Assembly (NCBI GenBank): GCA_963790475.1
Contig: CAWBOS010000010.1
Span: forward strand, 1,954,945 to 2,018,944
DNA from: an uncultured delta proteobacterium
Lineage (GTDB): Bacteria > Desulfobacterota > RBG-13-43-22
Direction: 5' to 3'
DNA length: 64,000 bases
Numbering within the stretch: position 1 is the stretch's first letter; each line of letters begins with the position of its first letter. Below the pieces are notes generated by a model. The model worked only from the letters and a program-made list of their open reading frames with translations. It had not been told where the DNA came from and ran no database searches. Both the position numbers and the translations under genes were made by a program. This document shows positions 29,788 through 39,973 of the stretch, piece by piece.

Positions 29788-30099
29788 TTGGCAGGATAAT
29801 TTTCTATTGTTAGAAAATTATCCTTTGAAATAAAATGACCCGGCAGTCAAGCCGAATTCCGACGTTAGGCGCCTCCATCGGTGTTGATGCTTTTGAAAGG
29901 ACCGGTGGGGAAAGAGTTAGAGGGACGGGCGGCGGCCCTCTTGAAAAGTTTTTTGAGGTAGGTAAAAAATTTTCCATAAGGACAAAGTTCCCTAACATAG
30001 GGGCAGTGTCCCGCCCTAACCGGGAGAGTCTATCTTAGGAGTCAAAGGAATATGGGAAAGGTCATTGGACTATAAGGTCTCACACAAAGGGGAAAGACC

Positions 30100-32508
30100 G
30101 TGAGGAAGATAAAGAGGGTGAAGAGCTGGATGGGTTTGGGGGTGTGTTTGTTTCTGGCAGCGGTGATGATGGTTCCGGTATCCTCGTCCGCAGACGCTCC
30201 GGCCATAGTGGTAGGCCGCATATTTCTAATTGAAGGGGATCTCCTTCGTTATGTTCCTGCGGAGAAGGACTGGGTGGCCGTGGTCAAGGACGCACCCTTC
30301 GGTGCCGAGGATACCCTCTTTTCCGGAACCCAGGGGATGGCGGAGCTGATCGTTCCCAACGACACCTGGATCAGGATCGGGAACAGCACCCAGATCCAGT
30401 TCATCACCCTGGATACCGACCTGTCCGAAATGGACATGGCTTCGGGTGTGGCTCGGTTCTACAACAAAAGCTCCGACACGGTCATCAAAGCCACAAGTCC
30501 CTTCGGATACGTCCTGGCCAATCCCGGAACGGTCTTCGATTTCTACGTGGGAGAAAACTCCATCGAAGTGGTCACGGTGAAAGGGAAAGTAAGTTTCGTC
30601 CACTCGGCCACTGAGACCAAATACAATGTGGCGGCCGGATCCCCCTCTATCCTCGCTGACCAGCGGCAAGTGTCCTCAGGCGATGGAACCGTCGATCCTG
30701 ACTGGAACCGCTGGAACACGGTCCGGGAAAACTTTTGGGCGGCGAAGGCCAGGGTGAGGGGACGCTCGGTCGAATATCTTCCGCCCAGTCTCCGAAACGA
30801 GTCGTATGCCCTGGATGAGACCGGAAGATGGGAGAGGGTCTCCTATGAAGGTACGGAGTGCTGGTTCTGGCGGCCTACCACAATAGTCGTAGGCTGGTCG
30901 CCTTTTTCCGTGGGCCGCTGGACCGACTGGTACGGGGACCAGACCTGGATCCCGGCGGAACCCTTCGGCTACGTCACCCACCATTACGGTAACTGGGTCT
31001 ATGTAGGAAAGTACTGGTACTGGGCCCCGCCTGTGGTGAGAAGGCGCGTCGGGCTTCCCCTCCTCGACGTGGGCTTCTTTTGGTATCCCGGAAGGGTTTC
31101 ATGGATTCACAGTGGAGCTTATGTGGGCTGGGTGCCTCTGGCGCCACTCGAGAATTACTACAGCTACCGCAACTGGGGAGGCCCTCACGATGTGGCCGTA
31201 ACCAACGTCAGTTTAGCGCGGATCAATATCAACCTCCGGAATTATGCCTACGCCAACCGTGCCGTTGTGGTCGACCGGAATAATTTCTATAAGGTGAACA
31301 ATTACGCGAAAGTCCGGGTGACCAACATAAACCCGGCCACCCTCATCAATAACTACCGTGCGGCACCGGTCGTCAATAACACGGTGATCGACAATTACAC
31401 GACGAACAAACAGCGTTATAATTATGGAAACATAACCGTAAAGGAGAAACCTCACAATACCGTGATCAACCGAATCCAGCAGAATCAGGCCATCATCCGT
31501 GAGGGCAGGAAAGAAAAGGCCTCCGTGGTCCAGGAACGAGTGAAGAGCATCCCGGAGGGGAAGGTTAACCGCGAAGTCCGGATCGAAACGCCCAAGGTCA
31601 CCAACCATATCGTACCCGCCGCCGAGGTGAACCGGCCGAAAGCGGAAATAAAGTTTCAGCAGAGGGAGATCAAAACCGGCGGAAAACCGGGTCTGCCGGA
31701 GAAGCCTGCCGTACGGCCGGAGCGTGTGGCCCCGGCCAGACCGAGTCCTCAGGAGAAACCCGGTCAACCCGCAGGACCGGAAAGAGTGAGTCCGGCAAGA
31801 CCTGCTCAACCTGTGCCGCCTTCAGCACGACCGGAGCGCGTGGCACCGGTCAGACCAAGCCCGCAGGAGCAACCTGGTCAACCCGCAAGACCGGAGCGAG
31901 CGGCTCCCCCAAAACCGGCTCCGCCTGAACCACCAGCAGCAAGACCTGAACGCGCAGCACCGGCCAGGCCAAGTCAGCAGGTGCAACGACCCGGTCAACC
32001 CGCAGGACCGGAACGAGTGAGTCCGGCAAGACCGGCTCAACCTGAACCACCAGCAGCAAGACCTGAACGTGCAGCACCAGCCAGGCCAAGTCAGCAGGTG
32101 CAACAACCCAGTCAACCCGCAAGACCGGAAAGAGTGGCTCCCCCAAAACCGGCTCCGCCTGAACCACCAGCAGCAAGACCTGAACGCGCAGCACCGGCCA
32201 GGCCGAGTCAGCAGGTGCAACAACCCAGTCAACCCGCAAGACCGGAAAGAGTGGCTCCCCCAAAACCGGCTCAGCCTCAACCACCAGCAGCAAGACCTGA
32301 ACGCGCAGCACCAGCCAGGCCGAGTCAGCAGGTGCAACAACCCGGTCAACCCGCAGGACCGGAGCGCGTGGTCCCGGCAAAACCGGCAGAGAAAGGTCCT
32401 GTACAAAAACAAATCGAAAAACCAAAGGACCAGAGGCCCCCTGAAAAAGATGAGGAAAACCCAAGAGAGCAGAAACGTCCCGAGGAAGAAAAGGGAAGAT
32501 CGAGGTAG
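30100..32508 (+). CDS. Secreted FecR-like/DUF6600-like protein with long Pro-rich repeat tail
   Basis: Signal peptide, FecR-like beta domain, Trp-rich GWSPFSVGRW..EPFGYVTHHYGNW..GWVPLAP and PARP repeats. Confidence 0.85.
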   Translation: MRKIKRVKSWMGLGVCLFLAAVMMVPVSSSADAPAIVVGRIFLIEGDLLRYVPAEKDWVAVVKDAPFGAEDTLFSGTQGMAELIVPNDTWIRIGNSTQIQFITLDTDLSEMDMASGVARFYNKSSDTVIKATSPFGYVLANPGTVFDFYVGENSIEVVTVKGKVSFVHSATETKYNVAAGSPSILADQRQVSSGDGTVDPDWNRWNTVRENFWAAKARVRGRSVEYLPPSLRNESYALDETGRWERVSYEGTECWFWRPTTIVVGWSPFSVGRWTDWYGDQTWIPAEPFGYVTHHYGNWVYVGKYWYWAPPVVRRRVGLPLLDVGFFWYPGRVSWIHSGAYVGWVPLAPLENYYSYRNWGGPHDVAVTNVSLARININLRNYAYANRAVVVDRNNFYKVNNYAKVRVTNINPATLINNYRAAPVVNNTVIDNYTTNKQRYNYGNITVKEKPHNTVINRIQQNQAIIREGRKEKASVVQERVKSIPEGKVNREVRIETPKVTNHIVPAAEVNRPKAEIKFQQREIKTGGKPGLPEKPAVRPERVAPARPSPQEKPGQPAGPERVSPARPAQPVPPSARPERVAPVRPSPQEQPGQPARPERAAPPKPAPPEPPAARPERAAPARPSQQVQRPGQPAGPERVSPARPAQPEPPAARPERAAPARPSQQVQQPSQPARPERVAPPKPAPPEPPAARPERAAPARPSQQVQQPSQPARPERVAPPKPAQPQPPAARPERAAPARPSQQVQQPGQPAGPERVVPAKPAEKGPVQKQIEKPKDQRPPEKDEENPREQKRPEEEKGRSR
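31700..32390 (+). repeat. Coding tandem repeat, 117-bp (39-aa) unit, about 5-6 copies
   Basis: CCT(G/C)AACCACCAGCAGCAAGACC recurs at 31924, 32041, 32158 and 32275. Confidence 0.85.
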
Positions 32509-32523
32509 GCAAAAGGATATTTA

Positions 32524-33591
32524 ATGACCGATAATGTTAAACGGACAGCCAAAACGCCCGCAATACTGATCCTGGCGAGTTTTATCATTGTGGTGGCGGG
32601 GATGAGGGCGGCCAGTTCCATCTTGGTTCCTTTTTTTGTGGCGGTGTTCATTGCCGTCATTTGCGCCCCGCCAATGTTCTGGCTGCAACGTAAGGGCGTG
32701 CCAAAGGTCATTGCGCTTGTGCTCATTCTGGTGACCATCCTCCTGGTAGGATTACTCTTGGGAGCATTGATCGGCCCTTCACTGAGTAATTTCTTGACCT
32801 CCCTTCCCAATTATCAAGAGCGATTATCGGCCTATATTGCCGCGTTAATAAACTGGCTGAGCGAGAAGGGCCTTAACATCCCGGCAGAGGAGGTGCCCCA
32901 TATCTTGAATCCGGGGTGGGTGATGAGCCTGGCAGGGGGTATATTCTCGGCCCTGAGCAGTGTCCTCACCGATACCTTTCTGATCCTGCTTACGGTGGTA
33001 TTCATCCTTCTGGAGGCAGCAGATTTTCCAAAGAAATTGCAGACCGTGTTAAAAATCCCGGAGAGGTCACTGTCTACCATTGAAAAATTCAGCCAGAGCG
33101 CCAAGCGCTATCTGGTCATTAAAACCCTGATCAGCGCTGCCGTTGGCCTGGTGATCTGGCTTTGGCTCCTGATCCTCGGGGTCGAATATCCGCTGCTCTG
33201 GGGAACGCTCTCGTTTCTGCTGAACTATGTGCCTAATATTGGGGCAATCATTGCTGTCCTGCCTGTTGCCCTTCTCGCGCTGGTCCAGTTGGGGGTGGGG
33301 TCTGCCCTTCTAACCGTCCTTGGCTTTGTGGTCGTGCATATTGTTCTGGGCAATATCATAGAACCCAAACTTACCGGCAAAGGCCTGAGTTTATCGACGC
33401 TGGTGGTCTTCCTTTCGATGGTCTTCTGGGGATGGGTTCTGGGACCGATTGGTATGATCCTCTCGGTGCCTATGACCAGCCTGGCCAAAATCGCGCTGGA
33501 AAGTTATGAAGAAACACAAGGGCTGGCCATCATGCTGGGATCCGGAAGCGAGATTGACCTGATCAAGAGGTTGAAGCGACGCAAGAAATAA
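32524..33591 (+). CDS. AI-2E family transporter
   Basis: Multiple transmembrane segments, FLLNYVPNIG, GNIIEPK and FWGWVLGPIGMILSVP. Confidence 0.92.
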   Translation: MTDNVKRTAKTPAILILASFIIVVAGMRAASSILVPFFVAVFIAVICAPPMFWLQRKGVPKVIALVLILVTILLVGLLLGALIGPSLSNFLTSLPNYQERLSAYIAALINWLSEKGLNIPAEEVPHILNPGWVMSLAGGIFSALSSVLTDTFLILLTVVFILLEAADFPKKLQTVLKIPERSLSTIEKFSQSAKRYLVIKTLISAAVGLVIWLWLLILGVEYPLLWGTLSFLLNYVPNIGAIIAVLPVALLALVQLGVGSALLTVLGFVVVHIVLGNIIEPKLTGKGLSLSTLVVFLSMVFWGWVLGPIGMILSVPMTSLAKIALESYEETQGLAIMLGSGSEIDLIKRLKRRKK

Positions 33592-33687
33592 GGCACGAAG
33601 GAAAGAAAGGATCTTTGAGCATCAGACCCTCGGGGCTCCATTCTTTAGGAATAAATCAGGGATTATCTCTTGGGTGTCCTTGACGCA

Positions 33688-34551
33688 ATGAAACAAACTT
33701 ATTTGATGAGATTCAAGCAGCACAGAGAAATTCTCAAAAACCTCGGCCTTCTTTGGGAAGTTCTTAAGAAATTCAATGATGACAATGGCTTTTTCTTATC
33801 TTCGGGGATTGCCTTCAATATCCTCCTCAACTTGATTCCTTTTATCCTGCTGCTATCAGCCTTGGTTGGAACTTATCTCTACAACGACCAGGAAGTGCTC
33901 AATCATATTCGCACCTATTTCCGGGATGTGGCTCCGGCATTGGATCCAAAGATAATGGGAAGCCTCGTGGATCTAATCGAGAACCGTCAGATTGTAGGAA
34001 TCCTTGGATTTGTAGGTTTGCTCTGGTTCTCCACCTGGGTTTTCAACTCCCTGCGGATTGCTCTCAATATCGTCTTCCGCACGAAGAAAAGCCGAGGAAT
34101 AATGCGGGGATTAGGCATTGATCTTTTGATGATTATCCTGGTAGGAATCCTCCTCCTGGTGAGCATGATTCTTAGCTCCGTGGTCCCCTTCCTTCAAAGT
34201 TACCAGGGACTGATTCCTGTGGCGATAGGGCCGACGATTCAATGGATCCTGAAATACCTGCTCCCTTTTTTCCTCACCTTTTGCATGTTTTTTTTGATTT
34301 ACAAAATCACCCCGAATAAGAGGGTCCACTTCAAATCCGCCCTTCAGGCGGCCCTTTTTGCCGGTTTGCTCTGGGAAGCAGCCAAACATCTTTTTGCCTG
34401 GTATGTCGTCCATCTCGCCAAGTACTCTTTTTTTTATGGCTCATTAAGTACCCTGGTCGTTTTCGTTTTGTGGGTCTATTATTCTGCGATCGTTCTCATT
34501 CTGGGCGGGGAATTTGCTTATTTCTTGGAAGAAAGCGAGAATCCAGTTTAA
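33688..34551 (+). CDS. YihY/BrkB family membrane protein (start uncertain)
   Basis: DNGFFLSSGIAF, ALNIVF, LWEAAK and YGSL..LWVYY. Confidence 0.9.
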   Translation: MKQTYLMRFKQHREILKNLGLLWEVLKKFNDDNGFFLSSGIAFNILLNLIPFILLLSALVGTYLYNDQEVLNHIRTYFRDVAPALDPKIMGSLVDLIENRQIVGILGFVGLLWFSTWVFNSLRIALNIVFRTKKSRGIMRGLGIDLLMIILVGILLLVSMILSSVVPFLQSYQGLIPVAIGPTIQWILKYLLPFFLTFCMFFLIYKITPNKRVHFKSALQAALFAGLLWEAAKHLFAWYVVHLAKYSFFYGSLSTLVVFVLWVYYSAIVLILGGEFAYFLEESENPV

Positions 34552-34597
34552 GAGGACGGAATTCAAGCCTAATTCCGGAATGACACCGCCCGCCTAT

Positions 34598-34757
34598 CCC
34601 TCAAAATTCCCCTCAATATATGGGGGTTCCACCACATATTGAGGCCTAATAATGGTTTCAATCTTCTTTACTAATCTTCCCTGTTCATCAAACCCTACGA
34701 TATCAGGCATGATTCCAGACTTCTTCTTTTTTCCTAGCTGTTGGTAAGCTACTTGCA
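34598..34757 (+). promoter_or_regulatory. Conserved enhancer/sigma54 promoter module, copy 2
   Basis: CCCTCAAAATTCCCCTCAATATATGGGGGTTCCACCACATATTGAGG...GATATCAGGCATGATTCCA...TGGTAAGCTACTTGCA. Confidence 0.85.
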
Positions 34758-34777
34758 TTTGTAATTTTGGTAGGCAA

Positions 34778-34849
34778 CCTTATCCCGTCAGCGAAATCGG
34801 ATTGATCCTCTTGGTCTTGATCATTCTGTTGCTGCCAGGTCGAATCTGA
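34778..34849 (+). pseudogene. DUF3309 C-terminal remnant
   Basis: PYPVSEIGLILLVLIILLLPGRI* resembles the end of 29314-29466. Confidence 0.65.
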
Positions 34850-35014
34850 CGTGGCTTTAAGGAGAAAGGAGGAAGTAAAAAGATAAGTATTGTAGATAAA
34901 GTAATAGGGTGTCGGCAGATCCGGAAAGGCTCAGGCGAATCTTACGATTCCTTACTAGAAAAAATTGCGCAATTAACCAGTTAACCAGTAAATTACAGAT
35001 TAGGAGTAACCGTC

Positions 35015-35329
35015 ATGAAAAAGAGAAATATCGTTATTCACTGTTTAGTGCTTCTTATGCTGATCACCACCTTTGCCGGCTGTGCCGCTACACGTACCCA
35101 TGAAAGCACAGGGGGATACGTTGACGATTCGGTCATCACCACTAAAATAAAATCTCTACTGGCAGCAGATGATTTTCTCAAGTCATTCCAGATCAGTGTC
35201 GAATCTTTCAAGGGCGTTGTTCAGCTAAGCGGTTTTGTTAATAATCAAAAGGCAGTCGATAAAGCGGCTGAAATCGCAATGAGCGTCAAAGGGGTCAAAT
35301 CCGTAAAGAATAATCTGATCGTGAAATAG
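35015..35329 (+). CDS. BON domain lipoprotein (OsmY-like)
   Basis: Lipobox FAGC, DDSVITTKIK, GVVQLSGFV and GVKSVKNNL. Confidence 0.92.
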   Translation: MKKRNIVIHCLVLLMLITTFAGCAATRTHESTGGYVDDSVITTKIKSLLAADDFLKSFQISVESFKGVVQLSGFVNNQKAVDKAAEIAMSVKGVKSVKNNLIVK

Positions 35330-35390
35330 GAAACGGTTATTCTATAGTGAGATTTATAAATAAGACACTTTTTGAAAGGAGGAGAATCCC

Positions 35391-35537
35391 ATGTTGTGGA
35401 CGATTGCCGTAATACTGATAATTCTGTGGCTGCTGGGATTGGTGACCAGTTATACGATGGGTGGGTTCATTCACATCGCGCTGGTGATTGCCGTTATCGT
35501 TATTATAGTCGGCCTTATTCAGGGACGGCGAGGGTAG
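35391..35537 (+). CDS. lmo0937 family small membrane protein
   Basis: MLWTIAVILIILWLLGLVTSYTMGGFIHIALVIAV..IQGRR with an AGGAGG RBS. Confidence 0.88.
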   Translation: MLWTIAVILIILWLLGLVTSYTMGGFIHIALVIAVIVIIVGLIQGRRG

Positions 35538-35616
35538 TAAGGCACGGTCCTCTCGTTCCATCATAGCTGAGGAATCGAGAGGTTTCCAGAAACCGAAGAT
35601 TATAAAGGAGATCATA

Positions 35617-35808
35617 TTGATTGCTCTGGGAATTGCGGCCTTTGCCTACCGGGGCATCGCCCACACGATCAGAGAGAAAATCCCTGATCTCGGCCCTATC
35701 CAGGGGGCGGCAGAGAAAACTAAAATTCTTCCGATGCCGCCCATGGTAGGGGTAATCGCGCTCGTGGGCGGCATCCTGCTGCTGGTTATGGGAAGCACAA
35801 AAGGGTAA
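35617..35808 (+). CDS. DUF3185-like small membrane protein, probably 5'-truncated
   Basis: AFAYRGI..REKIPDLGPIQ..EKTKILPMPPMVG. Confidence 0.6.
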   Translation: MIALGIAAFAYRGIAHTIREKIPDLGPIQGAAEKTKILPMPPMVGVIALVGGILLLVMGSTKG

Positions 35809-35846
35809 TGAGGATTAAAACAGAGATGTGTATAGGAGGTGGCAAA

Positions 35847-36659
35847 ATGAAAAAGTTATTTTTTGGAACATTGCTGTTAGCGTTGGTAATCGTAGTTCCT
35901 TGGCCGGCGATGGCCAGGGTAGATGTAAATATTAGTATTTCTCTGCCGCCGCCTATCTTTTTTGCCGCCCCACCGGCGCTGATAGTGCTGCCTGATACCT
36001 ATGTCTACGTCGTCCCTGACATAGACGCGGACATTTTCTTCTACAATGGTTGGTGGTGGCGTCTGTGGGAAGGACGTTGGTATCGCTCACATTATTATAA
36101 CCAGGGCTGGGATTATTATAACAATGTTCCCAGTTTTTATTTTGATATAGACCCGGGTTGGAGAGGATACTACAGAGACCGCAATTGGTATGGGCACCGC
36201 TGGAACTATGAACGGATTCCTTACCAGCAACTTCAACAGAACTGGAAGAGCTGGCATGACGATCGACATTGGGAAAGGCAAGGAACTTGGGGTGTCCAGA
36301 GCTATCAACCTCGACCACAACAACAGATACGGGAACTAAGACAACAAAGGCAACAGCAATATCAACAGAGGCCTGAGGTTCAGAAACCTCGAGTTCAGCA
36401 ACCGCAGAGACAAACTCAGGTTCAGCAGCCAAGACAAAAACCTCAAGAGAGAGTTCGGCAGCCTCAAAGGCAAGAGCAAAGACCTCGAGTTCAGCAACCG
36501 CAGAGACAAACTCAGGTTCAGCAGCCAAGACAAAAACCTCAAGAGAGAGTTCAGCAGCCCCAAAGGCAAGAGCAAAGACCTCAGGTTCAGCAACCGCAGC
36601 ACTCTCAACCTCAAGGAAAACCGGAAGGAGGGAAAGGAGAAAAGGAGGATAGAAAGTAG
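35847..36659 (+). CDS. Secreted Trp/Tyr-rich protein with Gln-rich repeat tail
   Basis: Signal peptide, VDVNISI, FFYNGWWWRLWEGRWY. A 96-bp direct repeat occurs at 36386 and 36482. Confidence 0.75.
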   Translation: MKKLFFGTLLLALVIVVPWPAMARVDVNISISLPPPIFFAAPPALIVLPDTYVYVVPDIDADIFFYNGWWWRLWEGRWYRSHYYNQGWDYYNNVPSFYFDIDPGWRGYYRDRNWYGHRWNYERIPYQQLQQNWKSWHDDRHWERQGTWGVQSYQPRPQQQIRELRQQRQQQYQQRPEVQKPRVQQPQRQTQVQQPRQKPQERVRQPQRQEQRPRVQQPQRQTQVQQPRQKPQERVQQPQRQEQRPQVQQPQHSQPQGKPEGGKGEKEDRK

Positions 36660-36924
36660 GATGATAAAAGGTTCACCTTTCAAAAAGAAGAGGCTCGCGT
36701 CGTCCCCTCCAGTACCAAAGTGATCTGGTTACATTGGCCTGCAAGGCCAAAAACTTTTGATAAGATTTCGTTTTTGAATGGAAAGAAAAAAGATAAGGAG
36801 GGTTGAGGAGAAAAGCAGAGTGGAAGGCAAAGGGGTAAAGTCCCTATGCCTCCTGATTTTCCTTTTGATGAGGCTCCGGCAGACGTTACTGAATTATGGG
36901 GAAGACTACCCTTTAAAATCAGCT

Positions 36925-38793
36925 CTATCCCAGTCGATAACCTTTTTCTCGAAATAATCTCAGACAGGCCACTGCGACAGCGTTGTCGTAAAGGGTCCCT
37001 CTATTCTTCTCAATTTCCTCCAGGGCAGCGTCAAGGCCCAAGGCCGGGCGGTATGGCCGGTTAGAGGCCATGGCTTCCACCACATCAGCCACAGCCAAAA
37101 TGCGGGCTTCCATAAGAATGTTATCCCCTTTCAGATTTCTTGGATAGCCCGAACCATTCATCCGCTCATGGTGTTGATAAACAATTTGGGCCAGCGGCCA
37201 GGGGGATTCGACGTCCTTCAGGATATCGTACCCTCTTTGAGAGTGTTCTTTAATCAGTGAAAATTCGATTACAGTCAATTTTGTTGGCTTGGACAATATC
37301 TCGGCAGGTATGGATAGTTTTCCAATGTCATGGACGGCACCGGCCATGCGCAGGCCATCGATTTTATCCTGAGAAAGTCCCATCTCGGTGGCAATGGCCC
37401 GGGCAAGGTCCGCGGACCGGGCCTGGTGACCGGCGGTATAAGGATCTCTTGCCTCCACGGTGGACACCATGACCTGGATGATCGTGCTAAACGCCTTCCT
37501 GAGACTCTCCAGGGTATGTTGAAGTTGTTCCTTGGCCCGCTTGTCCTCGGTGATATCCTCGGAGATGCCCAGCAGGTATTCCGGTTCTCCCTCTGCGTTC
37601 AGGATCGGCACCTTCTTGGTGTGCAGTGTGCGCTCTCCCTTATTACGGGTCTGAATAGGTTCTTCCGGGATATCCACAAGCTCCTTCCCATGCAGAACCT
37701 CCCGATCCTTCTCCGTAAAGGAGTCGGCCTGCTTCTTTGGGAAGAAATCGTAATCGTTCTTCCCCAGCAGGTCATCCCTGGAAAGACCTAGCAGATTCTC
37801 TCCCGCCCGGTTGAACCGGATGAACCGGAGTTCCCTGGCATCCTTGAGGAAGATCATATCAGGAATATTCTCGACAATCGAGTCCAGAAACACATTCATC
37901 CGGCGCAGTTTCTCCTCCGCCTGCTTGTGCTCCGTAATATCAATGATAGCTCCTCTGAGTCCCACAGGCTTGTCATTTATGCAAATGACACTCGAGATTA
38001 CTATGGCCGGAAAGACAGACCCATCCAACCTCATGAAAGTATATTCAGTACCTTCTATTTTCTCCCCCCTTAACAGTCTTTCAATGTTTTTACCGGATTT
38101 TTCAATCTCTTCTGGTGAAAGTAGCTGCCATACTTTAAAACCCTTTTTTAAATCCTCTTCAGTACCTCTAAAAGTCTCATAAATAGCCCGGTTAGCCGAT
38201 GTAATATTGGTTTCCAAATCCATCTCATAAACTGGGATTGGCAAAAAATCATACAGGTCACGATACCTTTTCTCGCTCTCCCTCAGTTTTTCCTCGGCCT
38301 GCTTGCGCGCGGTGATGTCCTGCTGCAGGTTCTCCAATGCTTGCCTTAATTCTTCGGTCCTCCTGGTCACCTCGGACTCCAGCTCTTTCTGGTAATTACT
38401 CATCAAATCGTTGTAGGCCTTGATCTTGAGTAGGGACCGGACCCGGGCCAAAAGCTCCATCTTATCCACAGGATATGAAATAAAATCATCACACCCGGCT
38501 TCAATTCCCTTTACCCGATCTTCCGTTTCCCGCAATACGGAAACCAAGATTATCGGAAGCAGTCGATGTGTATTATCCTGCCTGACCCTACGGGTAACTT
38601 CAAGACCATCCATGCCGGGCATCAAGACGTCCAGCAAAATCAGATCAATTTGATTCTCAGAAAGTTTCTCCAGCGCTTCCTCACCGTTTGACGCCTTGAC
38701 AATTTCATAACCCTGCGGAACAAGATAGGCCTCGAGAAGTTCAATGTTTTCGGGCTGGTCGTCCGCAACCAAGATTACCGGTTTGTCTTTCAT
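36925..38793 (-). CDS. REC-PAS-PAS-HD-GYP cyclic dinucleotide phosphodiesterase
   Basis: REC domain, two PAS domains, RDPYTAGHQ, HDIGK, HHERMNGSGYP and RPYR. Confidence 0.93.
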   Translation of the reverse strand: MKDKPVILVADDQPENIELLEAYLVPQGYEIVKASNGEEALEKLSENQIDLILLDVLMPGMDGLEVTRRVRQDNTHRLLPIILVSVLRETEDRVKGIEAGCDDFISYPVDKMELLARVRSLLKIKAYNDLMSNYQKELESEVTRRTEELRQALENLQQDITARKQAEEKLRESEKRYRDLYDFLPIPVYEMDLETNITSANRAIYETFRGTEEDLKKGFKVWQLLSPEEIEKSGKNIERLLRGEKIEGTEYTFMRLDGSVFPAIVISSVICINDKPVGLRGAIIDITEHKQAEEKLRRMNVFLDSIVENIPDMIFLKDARELRFIRFNRAGENLLGLSRDDLLGKNDYDFFPKKQADSFTEKDREVLHGKELVDIPEEPIQTRNKGERTLHTKKVPILNAEGEPEYLLGISEDITEDKRAKEQLQHTLESLRKAFSTIIQVMVSTVEARDPYTAGHQARSADLARAIATEMGLSQDKIDGLRMAGAVHDIGKLSIPAEILSKPTKLTVIEFSLIKEHSQRGYDILKDVESPWPLAQIVYQHHERMNGSGYPRNLKGDNILMEARILAVADVVEAMASNRPYRPALGLDAALEEIEKNRGTLYDNAVAVACLRLFREKGYRLG

Positions 38794-38880
38794 CCTCTAT
38801 CTCTTTTAAATTTTATTTTTCAATATATTACAAAACTCACTTAGTAAATTGACTGATTTCTTTGGCCAAGGTGCGCGTAT

Positions 38881-39930
38881 CTATCGGCTTACTTCATAAA
38901 TTTCAACGGGCAACAACTTGCCTTTCAGATGAAGCGGCTCCAGTGTGCGAAATTTTATTTTTCCTTCTACCCGCATTAGGGCACTTTTTGTAATGAGAAC
39001 TTGGCCGGAGCCTGCTGTTGACTCTACTCTCTGGGCAGTGTTCACGACGTCGCCAATGACCGTGTAATCCATTGTTTCATCAGTCCCCGTGTTTCCGACA
39101 ACCACCTCTCCGTAGTTTATCCCTATGCCGATCCCTAGCTTTTTCAACTCCGGCGGCCATCCCTGTTTTAAATCTTCAAAAGCGCCTTGCATTTCCAAGG
39201 CAGCCCGAACTGCCCATACTGTTTCATCTTCGATATCCGTCGGGGCACCCCAGAAAGCCATGATGCAGTCGCCGATATACTTGTCAAAGGTACCTTTGTT
39301 TTTGAAAACGATTCCGGTAAGCGCCTGGTATATGGTGTTGAGCAAATGGATAAGTTCATCTGCATTCATGCCCTCAGAAAGAGAGGTGAATCCGCGTACG
39401 TCACAGAAAAACACCGCAACCTCTTTTCTATCACCGCCCAACTCCGAATACTTGTCCGGGTTGGCGAGTATCTGTTCAATAACGCTGCGGTCTACATAAC
39501 GATGCAACATACTGGATATCAACTGATTCCTTAACTCCACTTCATCGTGGAGAAATTTCATCTTCAGCAAATTATTGACACGGGCAATAAGTTCGATCTT
39601 TTGAAAAGGTTTGTTCAGGAAATCGTCCGCTCCGGCTTTAAGTCCCTCGATTTTTGCCTCCAGGTTATCAAGAGCGGTCAGCATGACTATCGGTAGGAAA
39701 GCGTTTCCCGAATCACTTTTGACTTTTCTGCAAACCTCATATCCGTTCATTCCGGGCATCATCACATCCAGCAGAATCAGATCGATTTGATTATCAGAGA
39801 TTTTCCCCAGTGCTTCTTCACCGTTTGCCGCCTCGACAATTTCATAACCCTGCGGAACAAGATGGGCTTCGAGAAGTTCAATGTTTTGGGGCTGGTCATC
39901 CACAACTAAGATTACCGGTTTGTCTTTCAT
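38881..39930 (-). CDS. REC-adenylate/guanylate cyclase (class III)
   Basis: FFCDVRGFT, DKYIGDCIMAFWG, GIGINYG, YTVIGDVVNTAQR and LKGK. Confidence 0.93.
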   Translation of the reverse strand: MKDKPVILVVDDQPQNIELLEAHLVPQGYEIVEAANGEEALGKISDNQIDLILLDVMMPGMNGYEVCRKVKSDSGNAFLPIVMLTALDNLEAKIEGLKAGADDFLNKPFQKIELIARVNNLLKMKFLHDEVELRNQLISSMLHRYVDRSVIEQILANPDKYSELGGDRKEVAVFFCDVRGFTSLSEGMNADELIHLLNTIYQALTGIVFKNKGTFDKYIGDCIMAFWGAPTDIEDETVWAVRAALEMQGAFEDLKQGWPPELKKLGIGIGINYGEVVVGNTGTDETMDYTVIGDVVNTAQRVESTAGSGQVLITKSALMRVEGKIKFRTLEPLHLKGKLLPVEIYEVSR

Positions 39931-39973
39931 CCTCTATCTCTTCTGAATTTTACTTTTCAACCTATTGGAAAAC

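Noticed and set aside
29835-30038. attC site (GTTAGGC near 29864) or small ORFs
   Set aside because: There is no matching inverse core or palindrome, and the ORFs lack an RBS and motifs.
31700-32390. CRISPR-like array
   Set aside because: The repeats are contiguous, in-frame coding units with no unique spacers and no cas genes.
31213-32810. Long antisense and alternative-frame ORFs over the Pro-rich repeat (similarly 35953-36683 and 43306-43667)
   Set aside because: They arise from low-complexity repeats that lack stop codons in other frames.
24091-36829. 15-bp direct repeat GCAGAGTGGAAGGCA (24091 and 36815) bracketing the kai module
   Set aside because: The position is suggestive, but a 15-bp match is expected by chance in 64 kb and no recombinase is present.
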